Source of the DNA: an uncultured Candidatus Binatia bacterium
GTDB lineage: Bacteria; Desulfobacterota; Binatia; Bin18
DNA: 64,000 nt
Direction of reading: 5' to 3'
NCBI GenBank assembly: GCA_958296235.1
Contig: OY282457.1
Span: 4,545,684-4,609,683, forward strand
Both the position numbers and the translations under genes were made by a program. The notes under the pieces are model-generated. The model was not told the DNA's origin. It made no database searches and saw only the letters and a list, made by a program, of their open reading frames with translations. The first letter of the stretch is position 1. Each line of letters opens with the position of its first letter. This document shows, piece by piece, positions 19,375 through 27,292 of this stretch.

Positions 19375-22300
19375 TCAGGCCGCCACCGCGGTTTCGTAAT
19401 AGGGCGAGGGGAGCGTTGGGTAGACTTGGAAGACGTGGCGGAACACCTCAGCCGAGCGCTCTGCTATTTCCGTATCCGTGTAGCTCTGCGGTAGGCCGAT
19501 CTTGTCACTATAGAGAAAATCATGGATGGCAACCCGCACTGCGTCGCAGGTCGCCTGTTTGGCGTGCCACTGATCGACGCGCAGTTTCCCGGCCTTGAGC
19601 GTGGCGAGCAACTCGGCGGCAACGGCCTTAATGCGCCGGATGTCGGCTTTGCTCAGCTGCGGTTTCCTGAGAAGGTCAAAGACAGCCAACGACTCTTCAT
19701 CAAGGTCCTCACGGGCCGCCCGGCTCTGTTCTGCGCCCAACTCTTGCGCCAGCTTGAGCAGCGCCTCAAAGGTCTGCTCAAGCGTTACGCGATCCTTCTC
19801 TCGGTTGTATTGCGCAACAATCTCTTCATAGTGTTGCTGAAAATCGATCCGCAGCGGGTTCTGTTGCAGTAAACGCCGGAGCCGGTTTTCCACGCTGTGA
19901 CGCAGGTTCTGGACGATGGTATTCTTGGTCGGGCTGCGCTCAAACTCGTGTTTCAGCCGCTCGAAATCAATCCGGCTGATGTCGTAGGGCCGCTGTTTTT
20001 CTGTCACGGAGTCGGGCCGGACCTCAATGGCCTCATCCACCACTTGGTGGAGCGTGCGGATGATGGCGCTGATGTTCGCCCGCTCTCGGTCCTGTTGCAG
20101 GCGCTTGTAGATAATGTTGATAGCATCACGCTCGGCGCGGTAGATATTCACGCCCGCCACAGTCAGGCAGGACCGGAACTTCTTGAACACCGCGCCGCAC
20201 AGCAGCTCCAAGCGCTTGCGGGTTTCGTCGTTCTCATTGGCGGCTTCCTTGCACGCGACAATAGCGGCGTTGCGCTCGAAACCGGACGTTCGGATCACGG
20301 CGTCCAGTGACGCGCCACGCTCGTTGAGAAAGGTCCGTACCAGGGCAATCGCTTCGGCCAGGTCAGCCAGCATCTCTGTATTGGGTCTGGCCGGGTCGAT
20401 CTCGCCGCCGTCCGGCTGGGTAGCGGCAAACGTCGCCAGCGCCGGGCGCAGGTGCTTGAGGACGCCGCAATAGTCCACGATCAGGCCATTGTTCTTACCC
20501 TCGTTGACCCGGTTGGCGCGGGCAATGGCCTGCATCAGGGTGTGGGCTTTGAGCGGTTTGTCGAGATACAGCGTGGACAGGCTCGGTACGTCAAAGCCGG
20601 TCAACCACATGGCGCACACAATGGCGATGCGGAAGGGATGCTCTTCTGCTTTGAAGGCTTCGTCCAGCGCCATGCGCTGCATAGCGCGGAAACGTGGCTG
20701 GCTGCGCATGGCGGCCGGCAGCTCCATGCCTTCCTTGATGAGACGACGGTGTGGGGTAATGTCCAGCTCCCATTGGCGAAACTTCTCTACTTCGCCCTGC
20801 TCCTCGCTCACCACTACCGCAGCGCGAGTCTCGCGCATCCAGTTGATTTGCCGTTGTCTATCAATTCTCTTCTGCTCGTCGGAGACCTCCGACATTTCCG
20901 CAGTCAATTCCTTAATGCGCTCTTGCCAGTAGAACTCGATCAGCCGGTGCATCCGCACGCAGGTGACTTTATCAATACACACCAGCATGGCCTTGCCCGT
21001 CTCCCAGGCCGCCAGGTAGTGCTGCACGAAGTCCCGCGCCACCTGGTCGAGGCGTTTATGGGCGGTGATGATGTGATAGTCGCGCTTCAGTTCCCGTTCC
21101 AGCCGCTGCTGTGTGTCGATGTTGTCAATTTCCAGTTCATCCAGCTTGGCGGCGATCCGCTCGTTCAGGTCGCCAATGGCCACGCCCAGGGTATTGCCGC
21201 GGGCGTCGTAATAGAGCGGCACGGTCGCCTGGTCCTCCACTGCCCGCTGAAAATCGTAGGTTGACACGTAGTTGCCAAAGACCTGCCGCGTGATTTCGTC
21301 ATCCTTGAACAGTGGCGTGCCGGTGAAGCCGATATAGCTGGCGTTCGGCAGGGCATTCCGCAGGTTGAGCGCCAACGTGCCATACTGCGTGCGGTGGGCC
21401 TCGTCGGTAATGACGATGATGTCATCGCGTTCGGTATAGCTCTTGCCCTGACCTGCATCCCGATTGAACTTCTGGATCAGCGAGAAGACGTATGCCTTAT
21501 GCTGGGCTAACAATTGGCGCAAATCCTCACCGCTGGCGGCCCGGCAGGGGTCTTTATCGTGGTCCACAACCCCACAGCCGGCAAAGGTCTTGTAAATCTG
21601 GGTGTCGAGATCATCACGGTCGGTCAACACCAGAAAGGTGAAGTTGCCGCCGAGTTTACGGTGCACCTTACGGGCAAACAGCACCATTGAGTAGCTCTTG
21701 CCGGCTCCCTGAGTATGCCAGAAGACACCCAGCCGGCCTTGGCGCGCCTCACGTTCACGCACTGCCCGAATCGCACGGTTGACGCCCAGGACCTGGTGAT
21801 TGCGGGCCAGGATTTTCTTTGGCTCGCCCGAGGATTCGTCAAAGAGAATGAAATTCTCTACCAGGTCCATGAAGTTCTGCTTGTCACAGACGCCCTTGAG
21901 CAGCGTCTCCATGTCCACCACGCCGGGTTCTGCCTCGTCGAGCCGTTTCCACTCGTGGAAGTGCTCCCATTTGCTGGTAATGGAACCGAGCTTCGCCTTC
22001 TCGCCATTGCCGAACAGGACAACGGCGTTGTGGTGGAACAGATGTGGAATAGTGTCACGGTAGTCGGAATAGTTTCGCTCGAACGCCGCCTGAAGGTTGC
22101 GGTGAATGTTCTTGCACTCGATAAACAGCAGCGGCAATCCATTGACAAAGCCAATAATGTCGGCCCGCCGGCGATACAGGTCGCCTCGCACCCACAGCTC
22201 ACGTACGCACAGAAAATGGTTGTTCGTTGGCTCGTCAAAGTCGAACACCCGCAGGCGTTCCCGTACTAACTCGCCTGTATCGTTGCGAAAGGAGACCTGC

Positions 22301-22611
22301 ACGCCGTCACGGATACGGGCGTATTGCGCGCGGTTCGCGGCCACCAGGGTGTGTGAGGTCACGCTGGCGGTGAGCTGGCGAACGGCCTCAGCGTAGGCGG
22401 CCTCGGGCAGACCCGGATTCAGCGCGCTCAGGCTCTCGCGCAGTGGGCGGGTCAGCACCACCTCGCGGTCGGAGGCGCGGCCCAGCAGGCTGTCCGGTCC
22501 GAAGTGCTCGCGGTTGTGGGCATAGACCGATTCCCAGCCGAGCCGGTGTTCCAAATACTCCGCGGTCGTTTGCTGCACAAGCGTGTCTTCGGTGTAAGGA
22601 GATGGGGGCAT
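19375..22611 (-). CDS. hsdR: Type I restriction enzyme R subunit HsdR
   Basis: 1078 aa with the HsdR N-terminal nuclease domain, DEAD/DEAH helicase motifs (TGTGKS-like QGAGKSY, DEAH) and C-terminal region. Confidence 0.95.
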   Translation of the reverse strand: MPPSPYTEDTLVQQTTAEYLEHRLGWESVYAHNREHFGPDSLLGRASDREVVLTRPLRESLSALNPGLPEAAYAEAVRQLTASVTSHTLVAANRAQYARIRDGVQVSFRNDTGELVRERLRVFDFDEPTNNHFLCVRELWVRGDLYRRRADIIGFVNGLPLLFIECKNIHRNLQAAFERNYSDYRDTIPHLFHHNAVVLFGNGEKAKLGSITSKWEHFHEWKRLDEAEPGVVDMETLLKGVCDKQNFMDLVENFILFDESSGEPKKILARNHQVLGVNRAIRAVREREARQGRLGVFWHTQGAGKSYSMVLFARKVHRKLGGNFTFLVLTDRDDLDTQIYKTFAGCGVVDHDKDPCRAASGEDLRQLLAQHKAYVFSLIQKFNRDAGQGKSYTERDDIIVITDEAHRTQYGTLALNLRNALPNASYIGFTGTPLFKDDEITRQVFGNYVSTYDFQRAVEDQATVPLYYDARGNTLGVAIGDLNERIAAKLDELEIDNIDTQQRLERELKRDYHIITAHKRLDQVARDFVQHYLAAWETGKAMLVCIDKVTCVRMHRLIEFYWQERIKELTAEMSEVSDEQKRIDRQRQINWMRETRAAVVVSEEQGEVEKFRQWELDITPHRRLIKEGMELPAAMRSQPRFRAMQRMALDEAFKAEEHPFRIAIVCAMWLTGFDVPSLSTLYLDKPLKAHTLMQAIARANRVNEGKNNGLIVDYCGVLKHLRPALATFAATQPDGGEIDPARPNTEMLADLAEAIALVRTFLNERGASLDAVIRTSGFERNAAIVACKEAANENDETRKRLELLCGAVFKKFRSCLTVAGVNIYRAERDAINIIYKRLQQDRERANISAIIRTLHQVVDEAIEVRPDSVTEKQRPYDISRIDFERLKHEFERSPTKNTIVQNLRHSVENRLRRLLQQNPLRIDFQQHYEEIVAQYNREKDRVTLEQTFEALLKLAQELGAEQSRAAREDLDEESLAVFDLLRKPQLSKADIRRIKAVAAELLATLKAGKLRVDQWHAKQATCDAVRVAIHDFLYSDKIGLPQSYTDTEIAERSAEVFRHVFQVYPTLPSPYYETAVAA

Positions 22612-22657
22612 AGGTATTGGTAAGGTTTTGAGACGAGGCAGGATTCAGGTCAAGGGA

Positions 22658-24115
22658 TCATGTGGGGCGTCGGCGTGGGATGGGTTGCAGTTGCGGCTCG
22701 CTTCCACCAAGCTCCGCCAAGCGCCTCCGCTCTCCTTCCTCCAGTTGGGCTAACAGGTCTCTGCCTCTGGCAGCCAGCCGATATTTCTGCTTGCTACTTG
22801 TGGGCCTGTCGGGAATGGTCATTTCTAACCACCCTGCCTCCAGGAGTGGCTTGAGCACTTGGTTCCTGAACTTGGTGCGATTACTTCGGCCAGAGACCTG
22901 CATAATATCCGAAATTGTCTTCTCTGACAGGCAGTTCCGAAGAATGACGACTTGGTCCCGACTTGGTCCCGACTTGGTCCCGACTTGGTCGACCGGACGC
23001 CTGAATACGGTAGTGACCCACGAATCGGATACCTTGATGACCGGTTCCGCCACTCCGTGTTCTTGGCACAGGCCCCGAATACGCCGAATGCCCGAGCCGA
23101 TTTTCTCCACCGCCTCCATCCTGTGCAGTATCCCGAACAGCAGCGGATTGCGGGGAACACTCTTGATGCCGAGGTCGGCTTCCGTCATACCGGCCGGCAG
23201 CCCACCAGGGCTGACGATTTCAAGCCGGTCCTTGAAGATATACACCTGAACATTGGCGGTGGAACGGTAGTCACGGTGCGCCAGGGCATTGACCACTGCT
23301 TCACGGATGGCTTCCTCCGGCAGTTCGGGACGTTCCTCCCGTTTAACGTGTTTGATGATGTACTCGACATTGATCTTGGAGAGAATCCAGGCCACCACCT
23401 CATCAATCATTGAGTAGACATCGCTATGGAAATCTCGGCGGTCAAGGATACGCACCTTGTCCGTACCCATGAACAGCGCGCAGGCGACATCACCGCTGAC
23501 TCGGAACTTGCGGATATCACGGGCCAGCAGCCATGCCCCGGCGTGGGTTATATGACCAGCCGTGCCGATCAGGTGTAAGTTGCGTAGGGCGACGGCTGTA
23601 GCCATGTTGTCTGGAATCTTGGCCCGCCGACAAAAAAGTGCCCAGTGATCTTCATCCAAATCGTTTTCCAGTGAAAAGGCCGGACAGGGGGTTTCGTCGA
23701 AATAAACCAACCCTTCGGCGTAGAAAAACTCTCGAATTTCCTCGCGCGATAACTGCTGGCTGTTCGCCCCTTCGCGCATGAAAAACTTGCCGCCAAAGGA
23801 ATAAGGTTTATTGTCTTGGACGGGCATGATAACGCACAGCACGCTATCGATGGACGCTATCTCGACCTTGATCGGTGGCTCCGCTGAACGAGCGATGGCT
23901 TGGATTTGAGATTTTATCTTGTTGTGGTCCGCCACGCCGACAATCTCGCCCTTGTCCGTGACCCCAAGCAGGATGACGCCCCCGGAGGCATTGGCAAAGG
24001 CACACATCTCCCGTCCAAGGTCGGACGGTATGGAACGTTTGAACTCAGATGCGAATCCTTCGCCTTGGGCAATCAGGGTGTGAAGCTCTTGCTCGTTCAT
24101 GTCGGCTCGGTCCAT
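22658..24115 (-). CDS. AlbA_2 (Schlafen-like) ATPase with HATPase_c_4 domain and C-terminal winged HTH ('RecG-like' putative transcriptional regulator)
   Basis: N-terminal AlbA_2 motif (EGFASEFKRSIPSDLGREMCAFANASGGVILLGV). HATPase_c_4-like middle region (ALAHRDYRS ... VSPGGLP). C-terminal wHTH. Sits between hsdR and hsdS. Confidence 0.75.
   Translation of the reverse strand: MDRADMNEQELHTLIAQGEGFASEFKRSIPSDLGREMCAFANASGGVILLGVTDKGEIVGVADHNKIKSQIQAIARSAEPPIKVEIASIDSVLCVIMPVQDNKPYSFGGKFFMREGANSQQLSREEIREFFYAEGLVYFDETPCPAFSLENDLDEDHWALFCRRAKIPDNMATAVALRNLHLIGTAGHITHAGAWLLARDIRKFRVSGDVACALFMGTDKVRILDRRDFHSDVYSMIDEVVAWILSKINVEYIIKHVKREERPELPEEAIREAVVNALAHRDYRSTANVQVYIFKDRLEIVSPGGLPAGMTEADLGIKSVPRNPLLFGILHRMEAVEKIGSGIRRIRGLCQEHGVAEPVIKVSDSWVTTVFRRPVDQVGTKSGPSRDQVVILRNCLSEKTISDIMQVSGRSNRTKFRNQVLKPLLEAGWLEMTIPDRPTSSKQKYRLAARGRDLLAQLEEGERRRLAELGGSEPQLQPIPRRRPT
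22949..22992. repeat. 11-bp tandem repeat GACTTGGTCCC x3.8 inside the AlbA_2 coding sequence
   Basis: Three perfect copies plus a partial copy (33 bp stays in frame). Encodes DQVGTKSGPSRDQV in the linker before the C-terminal wHTH. Confidence 0.8.
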
Positions 24116-24198
24116 AGTTCGCGGAGGGTACTCATTCCTCCATCTTATTGATGAATCACATGGACAGCATACCATACACCTAAAAGAGGGAGCGCAAA

Positions 24199-24444
24199 AT
24201 GTCAGAGGAATATCAGTTGCATCTCCAGATCAAGCGGCTGGAGACCGGGAAATATCTTGCAACAGCAGACGATTTCCCCGGTCTGGTGGCTCAGGGGAGG
24301 ACCGTAGCCGAAGCGGTGGAAATTTCTCAGGACGTGGCGAGAAAGCTGATCGAGTCCTATCGTGAACATGGCGACCCCCTGCCGAAGGGCTTGCGTCCTA
24401 TGAATAGGGCGGTCGTAGAGTTAGATGTCCCTGTTGGTGTCTGA
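24199..24444 (+). CDS. hicB: HicB-family antitoxin-like protein (UPF0150), apparently without hicA
   Basis: HicB RNase-H-like fold signature (YLATADDFPGLVAQGRTVAEAVEISQDVARKLIE). No partner ORF is visible in the 83-bp upstream gap. Confidence 0.65.
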   Translation: MSEEYQLHLQIKRLETGKYLATADDFPGLVAQGRTVAEAVEISQDVARKLIESYREHGDPLPKGLRPMNRAVVELDVPVGV

Positions 24445-24483
24445 TGGGGCGTCTGGTTGGTAGAGCCCACCACGTTTTCCCTT

Positions 24484-25734
24484 TTACATTTCCTCCAGAG
24501 TCCTAACGCTTGCGCCTACCTCCCCACGCATCAGCCGTGGCAACAACAGGTCTCGGGCTTGGGAAAGGGATATCGTTTCTTTTTCTAATACGTGTACGAG
24601 TCCACACATCGGCTCAGTCTTATCATGAAAGAGTTTCAAGACTCGTTTCGGCGGAACAAGCACGATCGCACGTTCAAAGTCATCTGGTCTTACTGCTGGG
24701 TAACTTGCTCCTGTAGTATGGTTCACTAGATGACCGACGAATTCATCGGTAGTAACGAGTAGATACAGATAGGTGAACGGAACGGCTACCGGGGAAAGAA
24801 TGGTGAAGCCAGTTGAAAAAATGTCGTCGTCTTCTGAGTTAAGAACGAGCGCGTAAGCACGTAAGTTCGGGCGGACATTCGACCAGATTGTGTCGCCAGA
24901 CTTAGCTTTCCTACGGGCACGTCCTGGAGCTTCAACGGATGGCATCATATTCTTTGTCATTATCCGCCCTTGTTTAACTGCCGATATATCAATGTAGTTG
25001 ATTTCGTCTGGTAATTCGTTTGCTTTGTAGCTTTCGACATTTGTTGCAACAATTTCACCCAACCGTTTCCTCTCCCACCCCTCCGGCACCCCATCCCTAA
25101 CCTTAACGCGCTCATGCCCAGGGAACCGCAGCCGCACGAACCATTCCTTGTAGAGCAGCCGTGCCGCCTGTTCCAGCAGTTGAATCCGCCGCCGATTGTT
25201 TTGCATAAGTTGGTCATAATTCGATAGGTAGTTACCTATTTGTCGTTGAGTGTGAATGTCAGGGACAGGAATGGTCATCTTATTTAGGTGCGAAGGTCCG
25301 AAGTTAGGCTGAGCGCCTCCAGTCACGAATTGGTGCACCTGATCTCGAAAGTCTGGAGATCTCAAGAAGGCATATAAATATTCGTCGTTAAGCCTGGTTC
25401 TATCATGACTATGAAACCGGATGACGCTTGTGTTCATCATAACCGGAAGATTTTCTTCGGTGATCCTTCCGACCTTTCCATATGTATTGCCGGAACTGGC
25501 TACAACGATATCGTTTAACTCGACGGCGAAATGCTTGTAGCGCTCTTCAAATTCTAAGAGCGATATGTATTTGTCAGTGTTCGTCGTATCGACAGTTCCG
25601 CAACCATCTCCAAGAAGATTGGTAACGTTGATGACTTTCATTCCATCGGTCGTCCATTGCCATCTGCGAAGGCCAGGGCCTTCCTGAAAGAAGGCAACCT
25701 CTTGCAACGGTCTTCTTGAAAATGATGAGATCAC
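24484..25734 (-). CDS. hsdS: Type I restriction-modification specificity subunit HsdS
   Basis: Two target-recognition domains separated by conserved repeats. Lower GC than its surroundings, as is usual for hsdS. Confidence 0.9.
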   Translation of the reverse strand: MISSFSRRPLQEVAFFQEGPGLRRWQWTTDGMKVINVTNLLGDGCGTVDTTNTDKYISLLEFEERYKHFAVELNDIVVASSGNTYGKVGRITEENLPVMMNTSVIRFHSHDRTRLNDEYLYAFLRSPDFRDQVHQFVTGGAQPNFGPSHLNKMTIPVPDIHTQRQIGNYLSNYDQLMQNNRRRIQLLEQAARLLYKEWFVRLRFPGHERVKVRDGVPEGWERKRLGEIVATNVESYKANELPDEINYIDISAVKQGRIMTKNMMPSVEAPGRARRKAKSGDTIWSNVRPNLRAYALVLNSEDDDIFSTGFTILSPVAVPFTYLYLLVTTDEFVGHLVNHTTGASYPAVRPDDFERAIVLVPPKRVLKLFHDKTEPMCGLVHVLEKETISLSQARDLLLPRLMRGEVGASVRTLEEM

Positions 25735-25809
25735 TTGAAATCCAACTCCTCAACACTCTTCACGATCATCACGAGAAAGAATAGCGAAGATCGAAGTTCT
25801 TCTTGGAGT

Positions 25810-26055
25810 TCATTTGTCCCAACTTCGTTCCCATGAAGCCCGAAGGTTGCTTTGAAATGCCACTGGATCATCAATCCCACGGAACGCCCGAATCTTGCCG
25901 ACGAGGTCTGACAGGAAATCGGCGCTTTCTGTTTTCCCTTGTTCCTGTTCTTGCAGATAAACGGCAACACGCGCTTTACGGCCAAATGCCTCGCGAAAGT
26001 CCGGCGGGAGTTTGCCATCTGTGGCGATGACTATTTCCTTCTCGATCAATTTCAT
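25810..26055 (-). CDS. Hypothetical small protein, last gene of the zeta-kinase operon
   Basis: 81-aa ORF in a low-GC patch, separated by 2 nt from the upstream ORF. No confident family assignment. Confidence 0.35.
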   Translation of the reverse strand: MKLIEKEIVIATDGKLPPDFREAFGRKARVAVYLQEQEQGKTESADFLSDLVGKIRAFRGIDDPVAFQSNLRASWERSWDK

Positions 26056-26057
26056 AG

Positions 26058-26273
26058 TTACTCCCTTATCGTATTTTTCAACAACTCCCCATACATGTCC
26101 GGGTCCGGCTCAATTTCCACAACTTTTCCATCTCGCATGACCACCACGCCGGTGCCGGCCTGGTGGGCGATGAGATGGGCGCGTTGAGCAGCGCGGAAAA
26201 GAGCGGCTGGAGCCGCCTGCATGTCGGGGTCGGTCGAATTGGACACCGGGACTTTGTATTTACTTTTTTTCAC
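26058..26273 (-). CDS. Hypothetical small protein, possible antitoxin partner of the zeta-like kinase
   Basis: 71 aa. Overlaps the zeta-like gene by 4 nt. Its 3' half (VVVMRDGKVVEIEPDPDMYGE) is duplicated at 27162-27278. Confidence 0.4.
   Translation of the reverse strand: MKKSKYKVPVSNSTDPDMQAAPAALFRAAQRAHLIAHQAGTGVVVMRDGKVVEIEPDPDMYGELLKNTIRE
26092..26231. repeat. Copy 1 of an about 130-bp direct duplication (partner at 27162-27278)
   Basis: TACATGTCCGGGTCCGGCTCAATTTCCACAACTTTTCCATCTCGCATGACCACCACGCC... is about 85-90% identical to the second copy. Confidence 0.75.
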
Positions 26274-26794
26274 CTGTTGTTACTTCCTTCATATTCCAGA
26301 ATAGGGATGTCACCACTGTTGTTGAATTTTTGCCAATGGTCAACGCAATGACGGTACGTCTCATGAAAATTTCGCAAGCCGGCGTGAAAACGACGACGTA
26401 TGACGTTTTCAGGGATGCCGTGCCCGCCCAGGTGGATGCGCTTGGCAACCCTGGTGATCGCTTCTTCTGGTGTCGCCAGGGATAAGAATATCAATTTGAC
26501 ATTATATCCGCCCGCGCGCCACTGCTTGATTTTTTTCACATACCCGCGGCCTGCCAGCGTTGTTTCAAAGGCGAAACTCCTTCCCGCGCGAGCATGAGTG
26601 TTGATTTCTTCCAACATCAGCCGCCCGGCGCGAATGGCCGCGGTCGCGGGCCGGAAGGGTGACAGGCCCGCTGCTATCAGGTCGGCATTGACAAAAACCG
26701 GGCAATCCGCCTCGTTGGGCAGGTATTCGAGCGCAAAGGTCGTCTTGCCGGCCCCGTTTGGCCCGGCAATGATAATGACTTTTTTATCCAGCAT
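26270..26794 (-). CDS. Zeta-toxin-like P-loop kinase / AAA-family ATPase
   Basis: Walker A motif GPNGAGKTT at the N-terminus. Size and the conserved D/R pattern match the zeta-toxin (PF06414-like) fold. Confidence 0.75.
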   Translation of the reverse strand: MLDKKVIIIAGPNGAGKTTFALEYLPNEADCPVFVNADLIAAGLSPFRPATAAIRAGRLMLEEINTHARAGRSFAFETTLAGRGYVKKIKQWRAGGYNVKLIFLSLATPEEAITRVAKRIHLGGHGIPENVIRRRFHAGLRNFHETYRHCVDHWQKFNNSGDIPILEYEGSNNR

Positions 26795-27214
26795 TCAAAT
26801 CTGCCCATACCGCCGTCCGCGCGGGGTAGGTCGGTACTTCTGATTCCGGGCGTTGGGTGTGTCGGGGCGCATCATTTCAATATAACCGTCCTGCAATGCA
26901 GGGAGAAGATACCGCTGCCGCAGTGACTTACGGTCTTTGAGCCCGAGCGCCTGTTGAATCTCCTGTCGCGACATTTCGCCTTTCAGTATGGAGAGTAATC
27001 GCCTTACTTGGGGGCTTACTTGGGGGCTTACTTGGGGGGGTGCATGGCTTCGAGAATGGTGTCTAACTTCCAGCGCTTCAGAATCTCCGGTGTAATGGTG
27101 TAGGGTGGCTCTTCGCTCATCCCCCCATTCCTCAATTTTTCTGTTCAGATGTCTTTCTCCGTACATGTCCGGGTTCGGCTCAATTTCCACAACTTTTCCA
27201 TTCCGCATGACCAC
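26795..27214 (-). CDS. Chimeric ORF: duplicated N-terminus fused to a PQVS repeat and a Fic/RecG-type C-terminal winged-HTH (Fic remnant)
   Basis: N-terminus MVMRNGKVVEIEPNPDMYGE comes from the duplicated segment. C-terminus (RRLLSILKGEMSRQEIQQALGLKDRKSLRQRYLLPALQDGYIEMMRPDTPNARNQKYRPTPRG) is the wHTH found at Fic-protein C-termini. No Fic core. Confidence 0.55.
   Translation of the reverse strand: MVMRNGKVVEIEPNPDMYGERHLNRKIEEWGDERRATLHHYTGDSEALEVRHHSRSHAPPQVSPQVSPQVRRLLSILKGEMSRQEIQQALGLKDRKSLRQRYLLPALQDGYIEMMRPDTPNARNQKYRPTPRGRRYGQI
27008..27043. repeat. 12-bp tandem repeat (CTTACTTGGGGG) x3 within the chimeric ORF
   Basis: Encodes (PQVS)x3 on the minus strand. Confidence 0.8.
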
Positions 27215-27278
27215 AACGCCGGCGCTGGTCTGGGGGCGCTGAGATAGGCGCGTTGAGCAGCGGGGAAAACGCTTCTTT
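27162..27278. repeat. Copy 2 of the about 130-bp direct duplication (partner at 26092-26231), abutting the MITE-like element
   Basis: GTACATGTCCGGGTTCGGCTCAATTTCCACAACTTTTCCATTCCGCATGACCACAACGCC...GCGCGTTGAGCAGCGGGGAAAAC. Confidence 0.75.
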
Positions 27279-27292
27279 CTTAACGCTTGATA

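Noticed and set aside
18953-19399. ORFs inside the MITE-like elements (18953..19399, 19045..19365, 27303..27896, 27409..27891)
   Set aside because: Low-complexity Pro/Gly/Arg translations that span palindromic non-coding repeat DNA. The same sequence is 'open' on both strands, so these are not genes.
25731-26030. ORFs 25731..26018 (minus) and 25803..26030 (plus) overlapping the 81-aa gene
   Set aside because: Alternative frames of the same AT-richer patch. Only the 25810..26055 frame is tightly coupled (2-nt spacing) to the upstream operon gene. Even that call is low confidence.
27000-27050. Short tandem G-rich repeats considered as a possible CRISPR array, also for 33225-33365
   Set aside because: Repeat units are 12 bp and about 80 bp with no regularly sized unique spacers, and there are no cas genes. 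These are tandem repeats or minisatellites.
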